A stretch of 62,351 bases of DNA, filler included, from 5 parts of 5 records of this genome joined end to end with filler, not necessarily neighbours in it; one strand, 5' to 3'; shown: positions 49,943 through 60,955, counted from the first letter of the whole stretch. The notes: generated by a model not told the origin, from the letters alone. Program-made: numbers and translations.

Positions 49943-50518
49943 TTAGATTTTACCCCCATGCAACGAAATCAAAAAAATAACAATTGGTAAATATTCACCT
50001 AACTCATCCCGGAGTATTTTCAGCGCCTTACCCATTTGATTTTCAACCGTTTTTAACGAGAGGTTGAGTTCCTGAGCTATTTCTTTATAGCGCTTCCCCT
50101 CATACCGGTTCAACTCGAAAATTTCCCTGCATTTTTCTGGTATCTTTTCCATAGCAATGGATATTTTTTGCCTTAGCTCATCGAACTCTAGAAAATCTAC
50201 GGTTTCGGTAGAATTATTAACGTACATCTGTCTTTCAACATACCTGTTTTCAACTTTTCTGTGTTTTATCTGATTTAGACAGGCATTTCGGACGGCACCA
50301 AAGAGATAGGATTTGATAGATGTCTGGATACTTAGGGTTTTTGATTTGGACCAAACATTTAGAAAAACTTCCTGCACGAGCTCTTCCGACTCTTCCTGAT
50401 TTCTTAAGTACTTATTTGCGAACGAAACCAGAGCAGTATAATGCGTTTTGAACAGCGATTCAAAGATTTTTTCATCCCCGATGTTTACTAGTTGCAGTGT
50501 GTGGTCTGAAGAAATCAA
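49943..50518 (-). CDS. ECF sigma-70 factor (Bacteroidota expansion family)
   Basis: ELVQEVFLNVW, SYLF.AVRN region 2; PEKCREIF...YKEIA..L.LS.KTVENQMGKALK region 4. Confidence 0.95.
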   Translation of the reverse strand: MISSDHTLQLVNIGDEKIFESLFKTHYTALVSFANKYLRNQEESEELVQEVFLNVWSKSKTLSIQTSIKSYLFGAVRNACLNQIKHRKVENRYVERQMYVNNSTETVDFLEFDELRQKISIAMEKIPEKCREIFELNRYEGKRYKEIAQELNLSLKTVENQMGKALKILRDELGEYLPIVIFLISLHGGKI

Positions 50519-50568
50519 AGGATTTATGTTGTCCGATGCAATAATAAGCAGATTCTCAATAGTGTGAT

Positions 50569-52377
50569 TTAATTCACATAATCTCCTCTGAGCTTTCGTA
50601 TTCTTGTTCTGGCTTCTGCGGCATACATACTGCCCGGGTATTTTTTTAAAAATTCTACCAGCTCATCCAGTGCTTTCTGATCTTCGTGAAGGTTGTCGGC
50701 CAGAATAATTGCTTTTTTATAATAGGCATCATCCCCAAGGATATCATGACCATATAGAGAAATAATTTTGTCCAAATATTCAATTGACTCTGTAAATGCA
50801 GCCCTTTCCAAAGCCAGTTTCGAAAGAATCCAATAGATTTCGTCGGTGAGCGTGTGACGTGGATAGGCTTCCAACATATTCTTCAGTTCCTGTGTGGCCT
50901 GCTCTTTAAAGTTTTGGAAAATCATCATTTCGATATTGGCAAACTGCTGCATGATCTGATCGGTCGTATCAAAAACAGTATTGTTTTCGATAAGCACACC
51001 TAGAGCAATTGCATCATTTGAAATTTCGCGGGTAGTGGCCAATTTTAAAATGTCGAGGTGATCCTTAGCCAATGCGAAGTTTCCTGTATAGTAACTTAGT
51101 TTCGCATTTCGCAATTTGGCTTCATAGCCCATCGGAGATTCTTTGTCGGATTTTTCCACCTGAGAATAAAGCAAAGTTGATTCCCATGGCTGTTCGGTGA
51201 GGAGATAGATATCGCCAAGATCAAGTTTTGAAAGTGAAATCAAATTTCTGGGGGACCGTCTATTTTCAATGATTGAATTCAAAATGTTGATAGCCGAATC
51301 TTTTTCATTCAGATAAAAAGCATGTAACAGTGCTTTATTTCTGAGCGCATCCAGGGTGTTTGGATTTGGTCCCATTTCATGGTAGAGCGTTCTGTATTCA
51401 GCAGCTAGATTTCTGATTTCAGTTGTATTGATAGGGTATTGTCCCTTCACTTTAAACTCCTTTGCCTGAATATATAAGCTTTTCGCAGTGATGTAATTTC
51501 GCCCGTCGGAGTATTGCGTTATTACGTATTCATAGATTTCAATAGCTTCATCCCACGATTTGTTGTCTGCAGCAATTCGCCCGATCCGCACGCATTCATC
51601 TCCAGGGTTTCCTAGTCTTTTATCTAAGGCTCTCGCCTGAACAAAAGCACCGTAAAAATTCTTGCGTTGGAGTTCCAGCCAAATGAGCAGCTCCGCATAC
51701 AAGGTCACGTCCGGTTGTTTTTGAATTTTCGAAATGAGGGTTTTTTCAAGATAACTCTGATCTTCTTCCTCTACAATCAGGTTTTGAAACAGATTTTTTA
51801 CATATCCAATGTTTCGTGGATTAGATTCTGCATAGTTAAGATACTCAGCAGTCATGCTTTCCATGTCATTTTTCATTCTATATATAGTCGCCAGATCCAG
51901 GGCGAATGAAGAGGTGTTGTTACTCGCTTTGCGGGATTTTTTATAAAAATAGATGGCATCATCAAGCAATTGCTGATTAGCAAGATTTTGTGCCAGCATA
52001 TTGAGTTGAAATTGATTATCACCATATTCCTTTTCCAGCTTGTTGAAATACTTATCCTTTTTATCAAGTTGATTACTGATTTGATACAAGCGTAGCAGAC
52101 TTACTTGATACTGGAAGTTTGTAGCATAGTGCTTCAACGCATTGTTTAAAAATTTTTCTACTCGTGCATATTCCATCTCGTCAATTAGCATGTTGACATA
52201 ATTGGAATAAATAAGCGGAATCGCCTCTCTATTATTTTCCAAATCAGAATAAATGACTTTCGCTTTTTCGAATTCGCCTTGCTGGTAATATTCATTCGCA
52301 AGCTTTGCCTTTTCTGTTTGTGCAAACACAAGCATATTAAAAGCAATGAGTATTGACGTTAGAATGGTTTTTCTCAT
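50569..52377 (-). CDS. Exported tetratricopeptide-repeat protein
   Basis: Signal peptide; many helical A..YY..G.FEKA-type repeats; C-terminal YPGS.YA.EAR.R.R.LRG. Confidence 0.85.
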   Translation of the reverse strand: MRKTILTSILIAFNMLVFAQTEKAKLANEYYQQGEFEKAKVIYSDLENNREAIPLIYSNYVNMLIDEMEYARVEKFLNNALKHYATNFQYQVSLLRLYQISNQLDKKDKYFNKLEKEYGDNQFQLNMLAQNLANQQLLDDAIYFYKKSRKASNNTSSFALDLATIYRMKNDMESMTAEYLNYAESNPRNIGYVKNLFQNLIVEEEDQSYLEKTLISKIQKQPDVTLYAELLIWLELQRKNFYGAFVQARALDKRLGNPGDECVRIGRIAADNKSWDEAIEIYEYVITQYSDGRNYITAKSLYIQAKEFKVKGQYPINTTEIRNLAAEYRTLYHEMGPNPNTLDALRNKALLHAFYLNEKDSAINILNSIIENRRSPRNLISLSKLDLGDIYLLTEQPWESTLLYSQVEKSDKESPMGYEAKLRNAKLSYYTGNFALAKDHLDILKLATTREISNDAIALGVLIENNTVFDTTDQIMQQFANIEMMIFQNFKEQATQELKNMLEAYPRHTLTDEIYWILSKLALERAAFTESIEYLDKIISLYGHDILGDDAYYKKAIILADNLHEDQKALDELVEFLKKYPGSMYAAEARTRIRKLRGDYVN

Positions 52378-52385
52378 TTGAGGAG

Positions 52386-52752
52386 TTATGAACATATGAA
52401 CACGCTTTTAATAAAATATTTGAGATTTAAATAAACTCTTTTTCTATTAATATGATGTGGATTTGTGGATAAAACTTAAAAATTTAATTTGTTAATATGG
52501 GATGTTTATAAGTAGGAGGTTAGATGGGGATATGCACATGAGTTTCTAATTTAAATTGGTGTAAATCAATGGTTTGACTTTAGCTGTGGATAAACTAAAT
52601 GTTAAACTATTGAATTGGTTTATGGAGAGTAATTGAAAGATTTAATGTGGATAGAGGTGAAGAGGTGTGGTTCATTTTAAGTATGTAGGTGTTAAATGAA
52701 AAAGGGGCTGAATGTGGGTGAGTTGGTAACAGTAATCCACATGATTTGCACA
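52386..52752. other. oriC: Probable chromosomal replication origin (oriC)
   Basis: Perfect DnaA boxes TGTGGATAA at 52464 and 52585; near-matches at 52386, 52456, 52503, 52646, 52733, 52744; very AT-rich stretch ~52406-52455. Confidence 0.75.
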
Positions 52753-52753
52753 A

Positions 52754-54172
52754 CTAAAAGGAGTATTCTAGCTCTATTGACCAGTTGGCGCGCAGGGCAG
52801 ATTGTTTTGGAAAGTGAATGATTGTTTCGGGTTCCTGAAGTTTTAAAATGTTTGCAGTTTCCCATTTTCCGTTGTTATTATCGTCGAGCATAATTCTTAT
52901 CGAGTAGTCACCAGGCTTTATCCATTCAAATTTGCAATTGGAACAGTTGGGCTGCTGAGTGACCACTTCGCCTGTACTTGTGAGTAGCTGTACGATGTAA
53001 CTGGTGTAGGTTGTATTGAGTTTAAGATTAATTGTTCCAAAATTTTCTATTTGAATGAATTCGTACTTTTGATTGAAGGCTTTAAGTGTATCGGATTCTA
53101 CGGATTGAAAGGAGTTAGTGGCGATGTTAAGCTGTACTCTTGTTTTAGGTATGCGGGTGAGCAGGTTATATCTGATCAACGTAGCGGTATCAATATTGAG
53201 TGTGTCTGGTTGATGGAAATCGATAAGGCTCTGGAGGGTATCCTGAAAAAGCGCTTGAGTTAGGGTTGTGTTAAAAGAAAGAATCGTTTGATTGGAATTC
53301 CAGCTTAGGTTTTTTGCTGATATAGGAATTGAATAGAGACTATCAAGAGGAAAGGAAAGAAAGCTGCTGTCTTTTACTACAGAAGGCTTGTTGAATACGA
53401 GCTGATATTGGGTTTGTTCATCCAGATACACCCCAGAGTTTGGTAATAGGGAGTATTTGTATTCAATCGGTTTTCTAGCAGTAGTTCGGAACTTCGCATA
53501 TACAGTATCAATACTCGTGTTTCCTATGCTGTCTCGCGCGGATACAATTAATCCGGTGCTGTCTTGTTCAGAAAGATTGTTGTGATTGTAGATATGTATC
53601 GCATCGCTCTCGGTGTTCAGGGAATGGTAGGATTGATGAAGGGAGTCTAAGGCTTTTATTGTATATGAGGTTATTTTTTTGCTGTAGCGAATGTCGAAAT
53701 ATTTACCTGCAGGTCGTGCTGCAATAAACTTAAGTTTAGATGCATCGAGTTTTACTTTAAACATATGGATGCTGTCGGGTTGGGAGCTTGGGTTAATGGT
53801 GTCTTTCAAGAAGGCATAGGATTCACTAGCTGCATCTAGTTTGAGGTTTTTGTTTTCATCTTCGAATGCTACTATTCGATATTTCCCAGCTTTAATGTTT
53901 CGGAGTTCGTAGGATCCGTTTTCTATCGTATTGACGAAATAATAGGGGGATGATAGGAAAATGTCTAACGTGTCAGTCAAGGGATATAAACCTACAGTAG
54001 TTTTTGGTGAAGGTTTATTTGTATAAAGATCTCGGATGGAGCCTATTACTCGGAGAGAATCGATATAGGAACCTGTGCTGAAGGCGAGAATAAGGTTTGG
54101 AACGGGGTTCTTCTCGGTGATATCAGTGACGCCATCATCGAAATTGAGGGTATACGTTGTACTGTCTTTGAA
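52754..54172 (-). CDS. Ig-like (Big_5) domain protein, 5' truncated
   Basis: Frame stays open to the contig end: STTYTLNFDDGVTDITEKN...FSTGSYIDSL; DENKN and DNNNGKW motifs. Confidence 0.8.
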   Translation of the reverse strand, partial: FKDSTTYTLNFDDGVTDITEKNPVPNLILAFSTGSYIDSLRVIGSIRDLYTNKPSPKTTVGLYPLTDTLDIFLSSPYYFVNTIENGSYELRNIKAGKYRIVAFEDENKNLKLDAASESYAFLKDTINPSSQPDSIHMFKVKLDASKLKFIAARPAGKYFDIRYSKKITSYTIKALDSLHQSYHSLNTESDAIHIYNHNNLSEQDSTGLIVSARDSIGNTSIDTVYAKFRTTARKPIEYKYSLLPNSGVYLDEQTQYQLVFNKPSVVKDSSFLSFPLDSLYSIPISAKNLSWNSNQTILSFNTTLTQALFQDTLQSLIDFHQPDTLNIDTATLIRYNLLTRIPKTRVQLNIATNSFQSVESDTLKAFNQKYEFIQIENFGTINLKLNTTYTSYIVQLLTSTGEVVTQQPNCSNCKFEWIKPGDYSIRIMLDDNNNGKWETANILKLQEPETIIHFPKQSALRANWSIELEYSF

Positions 54173-54173
54173 G

Positions 54174-54273
54174 NNNNNNNNNNNNNNNNNNNNNNNNNNN
54201 NNNNNNNNNNNNNNNNNTTAATTAATTAANNNNNNNNNNNNNNNNNNNNNNNNNNNNNNNNNNNNNNNNNNNN
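54174..54273. other. Artificial contig linker
   Basis: N44-TTAATTAATTAA-N44. Confidence 0.99.
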
Positions 54274-54315
54274 CGCCAGTGCTGCATAGATAACTTTTTT
54301 CGATCCACTCGCCAC
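54274..54315 (-). CDS. Probable cation diffusion facilitator, first 14 codons only
   Basis: Not in ORF track. GGAGA RBS, GTG start, MASGSKKVIYAALA resembles CDF N-termini (..SKKVIYAALAGN..). Confidence 0.55.
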
Positions 54316-54514
54316 AGCACATTCTCCGCAATAAAATTGGTCGGTATTCCTGCGCCAGACTAGGGCACTTGCGTTCTATTTTCAATGGAACCCGCGCTAA
54401 AATCAAGAAACGGTTGAGGATCGATGATTGACTATTAGATATTGTGGCATAAACTCCGGCCTCGGTCACGGCGTTGCAGGCCGCGCACCGAAACCCCAAC
54501 CCAAGGAGCTCACC

Positions 54515-55996
54515 ATGCTGGACAAAAACACCAACCCGCTTAACCTGAAAGATCCTAACCTGTTGCGGATGCAGGGACTTGTTGCCGGAAAATGGTGCGA
54601 TGCGGACAGCGGCAAGACGCTGGAGGTGACCAATCCGGCAACCGGTGAGGTGATCGGCACCGTACCGGAAATGGGCGCGAGCGAGACCCGCCGCGCGATT
54701 GAGGCCGCGAAGGCCGCCATGCCCGCCTGGGCCGGCAAGACCGCGAAGGAGCGGGCGAACATCTTGCGTAAATGGCATGACCTGATGCTGGAGGCGACCG
54801 ACGATCTCGCAAAGATCATGACCGTCGAGATGGGCAAGCCGCTCGCCGAAGCAAAGGGGGAGGTGGCCTATGCGGCCTCCTTCATCGAATGGTTCGCCGA
54901 GGAAGGTAAACGCATCTATGGCGATACCATCCCCGAACATCAAAGCGACAAGCGCATTGTCGTGATCAAACAGCCGATTGGCGTGACCGTCGCGATTACT
55001 CCGTGGAATTTCCCGATCGCCATGATCACGCGAAAGGCCGCGCCCGCGCTCGCCGCCGGATGTCCGATGGTGATCAAGCCCGCCGAACTCACCCCTTATT
55101 CCGCCTTTGCCATGGCGGTACTGGCGGAGCGGGCGGGGATACCGGCGGGTATTCTCGGCGTTGTGACGGGTGAGGCGAAGGATATCGGCAAGGAAATGAC
55201 GTCAAATCCGTTGGTGGCCAAGCTGACTTTTACCGGCTCGACCGCTGTAGGCAAGCTGCTGATGGAGCAATGTGCGGGCACGGTCAAGAAAACATCGATG
55301 GAACTCGGCGGCAATGCGCCCTTTATCGTTTTTGATGACGCCAATCTCGATGGAGCGGTCGAGGCCGCGATGGCATCGAAATACCGCAACGCCGGGCAGA
55401 CCTGTGTCTGTGCCAATCGTATCTATGTGCAGGAGAGCATTCAGGACGCTTTTGTTGCGAAACTGACCGAAAAGGTCAAATCGCTTAAAGTCGGCAACGG
55501 CCTTGAAGAGGGTGTCATGCAGGGTCCGCTGATCACCGAAGCCGCCGTCAAGAAGGTGGAGGATCATATCAAGGACGCGCTTGATAAAGGCGCAACGCTG
55601 GCCGTGGGCGGGCATCGGCACGCCCTTGGCCAGACCTTTTTTGAGCCCACGATCCTGACCGGTGTCACGCAGGACATGAAAGTCGCCCGCGAAGAAACCT
55701 TCGGTCCCATGGCGCCGATTTTCACCTTCAAGGACGAGACGGACGTCATCGCGATGGCGAATGATACGGAATTTGGCCTTGCCGCTTATCTCTGCGCGCG
55801 GGATATCGGCCGCATATGGCGGGTGAGCGAGGCGCTGGAATATGGCATTGTCGGCATCAATACAGGCATTATCTCCACGGAAGTTGCGCCTTTTGGCGGT
55901 GTTAAGCAGTCAGGTATCGGCCGCGAGGGTTCAAAATACGGCATTGATGATTATCTGGAGATTAAATACATGTGTATTGGCGGCATCGATAGCTGA
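54515..55996 (+). CDS. gabD: NAD(P)-dependent succinate-semialdehyde dehydrogenase
   Basis: AAGGAG RBS before ATG 54515; ITPWNFP, FTGST, ELGGNAP, AGQTCVC, EETFGP. Confidence 0.94.
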   Translation: MLDKNTNPLNLKDPNLLRMQGLVAGKWCDADSGKTLEVTNPATGEVIGTVPEMGASETRRAIEAAKAAMPAWAGKTAKERANILRKWHDLMLEATDDLAKIMTVEMGKPLAEAKGEVAYAASFIEWFAEEGKRIYGDTIPEHQSDKRIVVIKQPIGVTVAITPWNFPIAMITRKAAPALAAGCPMVIKPAELTPYSAFAMAVLAERAGIPAGILGVVTGEAKDIGKEMTSNPLVAKLTFTGSTAVGKLLMEQCAGTVKKTSMELGGNAPFIVFDDANLDGAVEAAMASKYRNAGQTCVCANRIYVQESIQDAFVAKLTEKVKSLKVGNGLEEGVMQGPLITEAAVKKVEDHIKDALDKGATLAVGGHRHALGQTFFEPTILTGVTQDMKVAREETFGPMAPIFTFKDETDVIAMANDTEFGLAAYLCARDIGRIWRVSEALEYGIVGINTGIISTEVAPFGGVKQSGIGREGSKYGIDDYLEIKYMCIGGIDS

Positions 55997-56065
55997 CCGC
56001 CGATACAAACTCCGGGGCCGCGCCAACCCGATGCCATAACGGCATCCGAGTATAGGAAGAATAAA

Positions 56066-57421
56066 GTGGAATTCGATTACGATCTTTTTGTCATCGGGGC
56101 TGGCTCCGGTGGTGTCCGTGCCTCGCGCATCTCCTCCAGCCTCGGTGCCAAGGTGGCCATTGCCGAGGAATTCCGTGTGGGCGGTACCTGTGTTATTCGC
56201 GGCTGCGTGCCGAAAAAACTGCTGGTCTATGCGAGTCATTTCTCGGAGGATTTCGAGGATGCCGCCGCCTATGGCTGGACGGTCGGCAAGCCGACCCATT
56301 CCTGGGAGACGCTGATCGCCAACAAGGACAAGGAAATCGACCGGCTGAACCGTATCTATCATACAATCCTCGATAACAATAATGTCGAGCTGTATCAGGG
56401 CCGCGCAACCCTGGTTGACCGCAATACGGTGCGGGTCGGGGATAAGGAAATCACGGCGAAATATATCCTGATCGCCACGGGCGGCGCGCCGGTCATGCCC
56501 GATGTGCCGGGGATCGAGCATGCCATTTCCTCCAACGAGGCGCTGCATCTGGAAGAGTTCCCGAAACGGGTCATCGTTGTCGGCGGCGGGTATATCGCGG
56601 TCGAGTTTGCCGGTATTTTCAACGGCCTCGGCGCGGAAGTGACGCAGCTTTACCGCAGCACGCAGATCCTGCGTGGCTTTGATAAGGACGTGCAGAATTT
56701 CCTCGCGGACGAGATCCAGAAAAAAGGCATCGATCTGCGCACCCATTCGAACCCCGCAAAAATTGAGAAAACCGACAGCGGCCTTAAGGTGACGCTGGAG
56801 GATGGCGACGTGCTGGAAACCGATGCGATCATGTATGCCACGGGACGCCGCCCGAATACGGCAGACCTCGGCCTTGAAGACATCGGCGTGGAACTGAAAG
56901 AGAATGGCGCGGTGAAGGTCGCCCCGGATTCCCAGACGACCGTTGACAACATATACGCCGTCGGCGATGTCACGGACCGGATTGCACTCACCCCCGTCGC
57001 CATTCACGAGGGCATGGCCTTCGCCGAGACAGTATTCGGCGGTCGGCCGCGCGCAATGGATCATGAAAATGTCCCCTCCGCCGTCTTTTCCCAACCGCAG
57101 GTGGGCACTGTCGGGCTGAGCGAGGAGGACGCGCGCGAAAGATACGGCGAGGTTGATATCTATAAATCCGACTTCCGCCCGATGAAACAGACGCTGACCG
57201 GCGGCACGGAGAAGGCGTTCGTGAAGCTGATTGTTGATGCAAAAAGCGACATTGTCGTTGGCGCGCATATTGTCGGGTCTGACGCGGCAGAGATTATTCA
57301 GGCCGTCGGCATTGCGCTTAAATGCAAGGCAACCAAGGCGCAGTTCGATGCAACCGTTGGCGTTCATCCGTCGCTTGCCGAGGAGATCGTCACCATGCGG
57401 GAGAAATTTGTCGCTGCCTGA
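56066..57421 (+). CDS. gor: Glutathione-disulfide reductase
   Basis: GAGSGG, CVIRGC redox pair, GGGYIAVE, HPSLAEE. Confidence 0.95.
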   Translation: MEFDYDLFVIGAGSGGVRASRISSSLGAKVAIAEEFRVGGTCVIRGCVPKKLLVYASHFSEDFEDAAAYGWTVGKPTHSWETLIANKDKEIDRLNRIYHTILDNNNVELYQGRATLVDRNTVRVGDKEITAKYILIATGGAPVMPDVPGIEHAISSNEALHLEEFPKRVIVVGGGYIAVEFAGIFNGLGAEVTQLYRSTQILRGFDKDVQNFLADEIQKKGIDLRTHSNPAKIEKTDSGLKVTLEDGDVLETDAIMYATGRRPNTADLGLEDIGVELKENGAVKVAPDSQTTVDNIYAVGDVTDRIALTPVAIHEGMAFAETVFGGRPRAMDHENVPSAVFSQPQVGTVGLSEEDARERYGEVDIYKSDFRPMKQTLTGGTEKAFVKLIVDAKSDIVVGAHIVGSDAAEIIQAVGIALKCKATKAQFDATVGVHPSLAEEIVTMREKFVAA

Positions 57422-57567
57422 GGCGGGCCCTATTTCATCAGGAACACGGGAAATCGGCCGGTTTTTTTGACCGAAATGTCGAAAAAAGGCCGGTTATCCA
57501 TTGCGTAAACCATAAAAGGCTGTAGATAATAGCTTTTTTGAGCGAATGAGATTTAAGGAATATAGAG

Positions 57568-58762
57568 ATGTCTAAAACCTGGACCCCTGAAAGCTGGAAG
57601 CAAAAGCCTGTACGCCAGTTGCCGACATATCCGGACATCCAGGCCGTTGAAGCGATCGAGAAGGAGTTGAAATCCTTTCCGCCGCTCGTCTTTGCGGGCG
57701 AAGCACGGAACCTGAAGAAAAAGCTGGCCGAGGTGGCCAATGGCCGGGCCTTTCTTCTTCAGGGCGGCGACTGCGCCGAAAGCTTCGCTGAATTCCATCC
57801 CGATAACATTCGCGACACCTTTAAGGTTCTCTTGCAGATGGCCGTTGTCCTCACCTTCGGGGCGAACTGCCCAATCGTGAAGGTGGGCCGCCTTGCCGGC
57901 CAGTTTGCCAAGCCGCGCTCTTCCGATACGGAAACGGTGGGCGATGTCGAGCTGCCAAGCTACCGCGGCGATATCATCAATGGTTTTGAATTTGATGAAA
58001 CCTCCCGCGTGCCTGACCCGGCGCGGATGCTGAAAGCCTATTCGCAGGCGGCCTCGACCCTCAACCTTTTGCGGGCTTTCGCGCAAGGCGGCTATGCCGA
58101 TCTGCATCAGGTTCATAGCTGGAACATGGGTTTCGTTGCCAGCGGTGCACAGGGCGATCGCTACCGCGAGATGGCGGACCGCATTCATGATGCACTCGCC
58201 TTTATGGAAGCCTGCGGCGTGTCCTCAACCAACACCCCCGAAATGGGACGGACGGATTTCTACACCTCGCATGAGGCGTTGCTGCTCCCCTATGAGCAGG
58301 CGCTGACCCGCGTTGACAGCACATCGGGCGACTATTACGACACCTCCGCCCATATGCTGTGGATCGGGGATCGCACCCGCGATCCGGATGAAGCGCATGT
58401 TGAGTTCCTGCGCGGGGTTGCCAACCCGATCGGCGTCAAGGCCGGGCCGACACAGACGGCCGATGGCCTGCTCCGCCTGATTGACGAACTCAATCCGGAG
58501 AATGAGGCCGGACGCATGACGGTCATCTGCCGCTTCGGCGCGGATAATGTCGAGAAACATCTGCCGGAGCTGATCCGCAAAATCGAGCGGGAAGGGCGGA
58601 CGGTTGTCTGGTCCTGTGATCCGATGCATGGCAATACGATCAAGTCCACGACCGGCTATAAAACCCGCCCCGTTGACCGCATCCTGACGGAAGTGCGTCA
58701 GTTCTTCGATGTGCATCAGGCCGAAGGTTCCTATGCCGGTGGTGTTCATTTCGAGATGACCG
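57568..58762 (+). CDS. Class II DAHP synthase, 3' truncated
   Basis: [45 protein letters not shown]. Confidence 0.96.
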
Positions 58763-58862
58763 NNNNNNNNNNNNNNNNNNNNNNNNNNNNNNNNNNNNNN
58801 NNNNNNTTAATTAATTAANNNNNNNNNNNNNNNNNNNNNNNNNNNNNNNNNNNNNNNNNNNN
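58763..58862. other. Artificial contig linker
   Basis: N44-TTAATTAATTAA-N44. Confidence 0.99.
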
Positions 58863-59588
58863 AACCTCTCCTTTGAATAATCGGTCGCGATAAGCGACAT
58901 TCTTCGCAGAGAAATTCAGTCCCGGGCCGACATCAGCGATATATGTCTCCGGCAGATCGAAATCCACCTTGATCGTGTCCGTATCGTCGAGCGTGGTAAT
59001 AACATCCCCCGGCTGCACGAGCGAGCCAACGCTCACCTCCCGAAATCCGAGAACCCCGGAGAAGGGTGCCGCGATCCGGTAATCGCTGAGCCGCGCTTTT
59101 CCGGCCGAGACCGCCGCCTCCGTCGCCTGCAACTCGGAGAGAAGCAGGTCGACCTGCGCCTTGGCGACATTTCGCGTGGCATAGAGCTTCAACGCCCGGT
59201 CATAAAGCTTCTGCGAATTGTCGCGCGCAGCCTCCGATTCGGTCAAGTTGGCGCGCAGTTCCGTATCGTCAAGCTGAACCAGCAGCTTGCCGACCTTCAC
59301 TTTTTGTCCCTCATTAAAGTCCAGTGTATTGATTTTGCCGGTAACTTTCGACGTAATCACCACCGATTCATTGGCTCTGGCCGTGCCGATAGCCGTGATG
59401 GTGCGGGGCAACGCCCTGCTCACAACCGCAGAAACAATGACGTTCTGAGGCGGTCGCGCGGGACCCTTGGTCGCCTGTGCTTCGCCGTTACCGCCGCCGA
59501 TAAAGGGAAGCTGGTCCTGATAATGCCACGCCCCATAGCCCAATGCGGCAATGACCACTATGATGGCCAATTGTGCTGTTTTGTTCAT
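58863..59588 (-). CDS. RND efflux periplasmic adaptor subunit, 3' truncated
   Basis: N-terminal TM; V.G.I..L.F.EGQ.V..G and APFSG.LG..V..G..V.PG lipoyl halves around a coiled hairpin. Confidence 0.92.
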
Positions 59589-59710
59589 TTGTATTACATT
59601 TCACTCTGCACGTATCATAACAGAATTGAGACTGAATTGCTTGAAAAGCAACAAAAAAATATGCACATACATAAAATTGATCATTTTTCGAGGCGTTGAA
59701 TCGACTGCAT

Positions 59711-60637
59711 ATGACGACCTATCTTTTTACCCATCGTGATTGTCTGTTTCATGACACCGGTGTCGGGCATCCGGAACGAGCTGATCGGTTGAGGGCTGTC
59801 CTGCATCAGCTAGATCTTGAAAACTTCCCGGCCCTGGAACGTGTGGACGCCTCCCTTGCCACCCGTGAGCAGCTTGCTCTGGCCCATACGGAGGCGCATT
59901 TGGATGGACTGGTCGCGCGATCGCCGATCTCCGGCATTATCGACCTCGACCCGGATACAAAAATGTCGCCCGGCTCGCAAATGGCTGCGCTGCGTGCCGC
60001 GGGTGCCGTTGTTGCCGCTATCGATACCGTTATGGAGAAGAAAGGAAGCAACGCATTTTGCGCCATCCGTCCGCCGGGCCACCATGCGGAGGCGGACCGG
60101 GCCATGGGCTTTTGTCTTTATAATAATGTCGCCATCGGCGCTTACCATGCGCGAAAAAAACACGGGCTGGAGCGCGTTGCCGTCGTCGATTTCGATGTGC
60201 ATCATGGCAATGGCACCCAGGCGATTTTCGAAAAAGACGCAGGGCTGTTCTATGCCTCCAGCCATCAGGCGCCCTTTTATCCCGGCACGGGCGATGCCAG
60301 CGAAACCGGAGTTGGCAATATTGTGAATGTTCCCCTTGCCGCCGGATCAGGCTCCCGCGCCTTTCGGGAGGCCTATGATAATATTATCCTCCCCGCACTG
60401 GAGGCTTTCCGCCCCGAACTGCTGATAATTTCCGCGGGCTTCGATGCCCATGAAAAAGACCCGCTCGCCAACCTCAATCTGACCGGTGCCGATTATGGCT
60501 GGATCACCAAAAAGCTGGTGGCTCTCGCGGACAGGCATGCGGCAGGTCGCGTTGTTTCTGCCCTCGAAGGCGGTTATGATCTGGAGGGGCTGGCCGATGG
60601 GGTGGATGCCCATGTGAAAGCATTGCTCCGTGCTTAA
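59711..60637 (+). CDS. Histone deacetylase-family amidohydrolase
   Basis: HPE..RL, RPPGHHA, GFC, DFDVHHGNGT, SAGFDAH..DPL, LEGGY. Confidence 0.95.
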   Translation: MTTYLFTHRDCLFHDTGVGHPERADRLRAVLHQLDLENFPALERVDASLATREQLALAHTEAHLDGLVARSPISGIIDLDPDTKMSPGSQMAALRAAGAVVAAIDTVMEKKGSNAFCAIRPPGHHAEADRAMGFCLYNNVAIGAYHARKKHGLERVAVVDFDVHHGNGTQAIFEKDAGLFYASSHQAPFYPGTGDASETGVGNIVNVPLAAGSGSRAFREAYDNIILPALEAFRPELLIISAGFDAHEKDPLANLNLTGADYGWITKKLVALADRHAAGRVVSALEGGYDLEGLADGVDAHVKALLRA

Positions 60638-60668
60638 GAGAAGAGTATAAGACGGCAAAGGAGAAATC

Positions 60669-60926
60669 ATGTCTGACCCAAATAGCCAGGAAATCCCCGC
60701 CGATATCGAAAAAATGAGCTTCGAGGAAGCTCTGAAAGAGCTGGAACAGATTGTCGAAAAGCTTGATTCCGGCCAGGTCGATCTCGATCAGTCCATCGAT
60801 ATCTATACCCGCGGTTCCCTGCTGAAACAGCATTGCGACGCCAGGCTCCGGAACGCGCAGGAGCGGGTTGACAAGATCGTCGGCAAAAACGGCAATCTTT
60901 CGGTCGAGCCGGCAAATGTTGAATAG
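60669..60926 (+). CDS. xseB: Exodeoxyribonuclease VII small subunit
   Basis: SFEEALKELEQIV..L..G...L..S...Y.RG..L..HC...L..A. Confidence 0.95.
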   Translation: MSDPNSQEIPADIEKMSFEEALKELEQIVEKLDSGQVDLDQSIDIYTRGSLLKQHCDARLRNAQERVDKIVGKNGNLSVEPANVE

Positions 60927-60955
60927 ACTTAGACTTGGCGGGTTGAGACATTAAA

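Noticed and set aside
54428-54514. N-terminal extension of GabD in the ORF track
   Set aside because: A strong AAGGAG RBS precedes ATG 54515, which gives a normal-length protein.
55931-57367. 478-aa minus-strand ORF
   Set aside because: Antisense shadow of gor.
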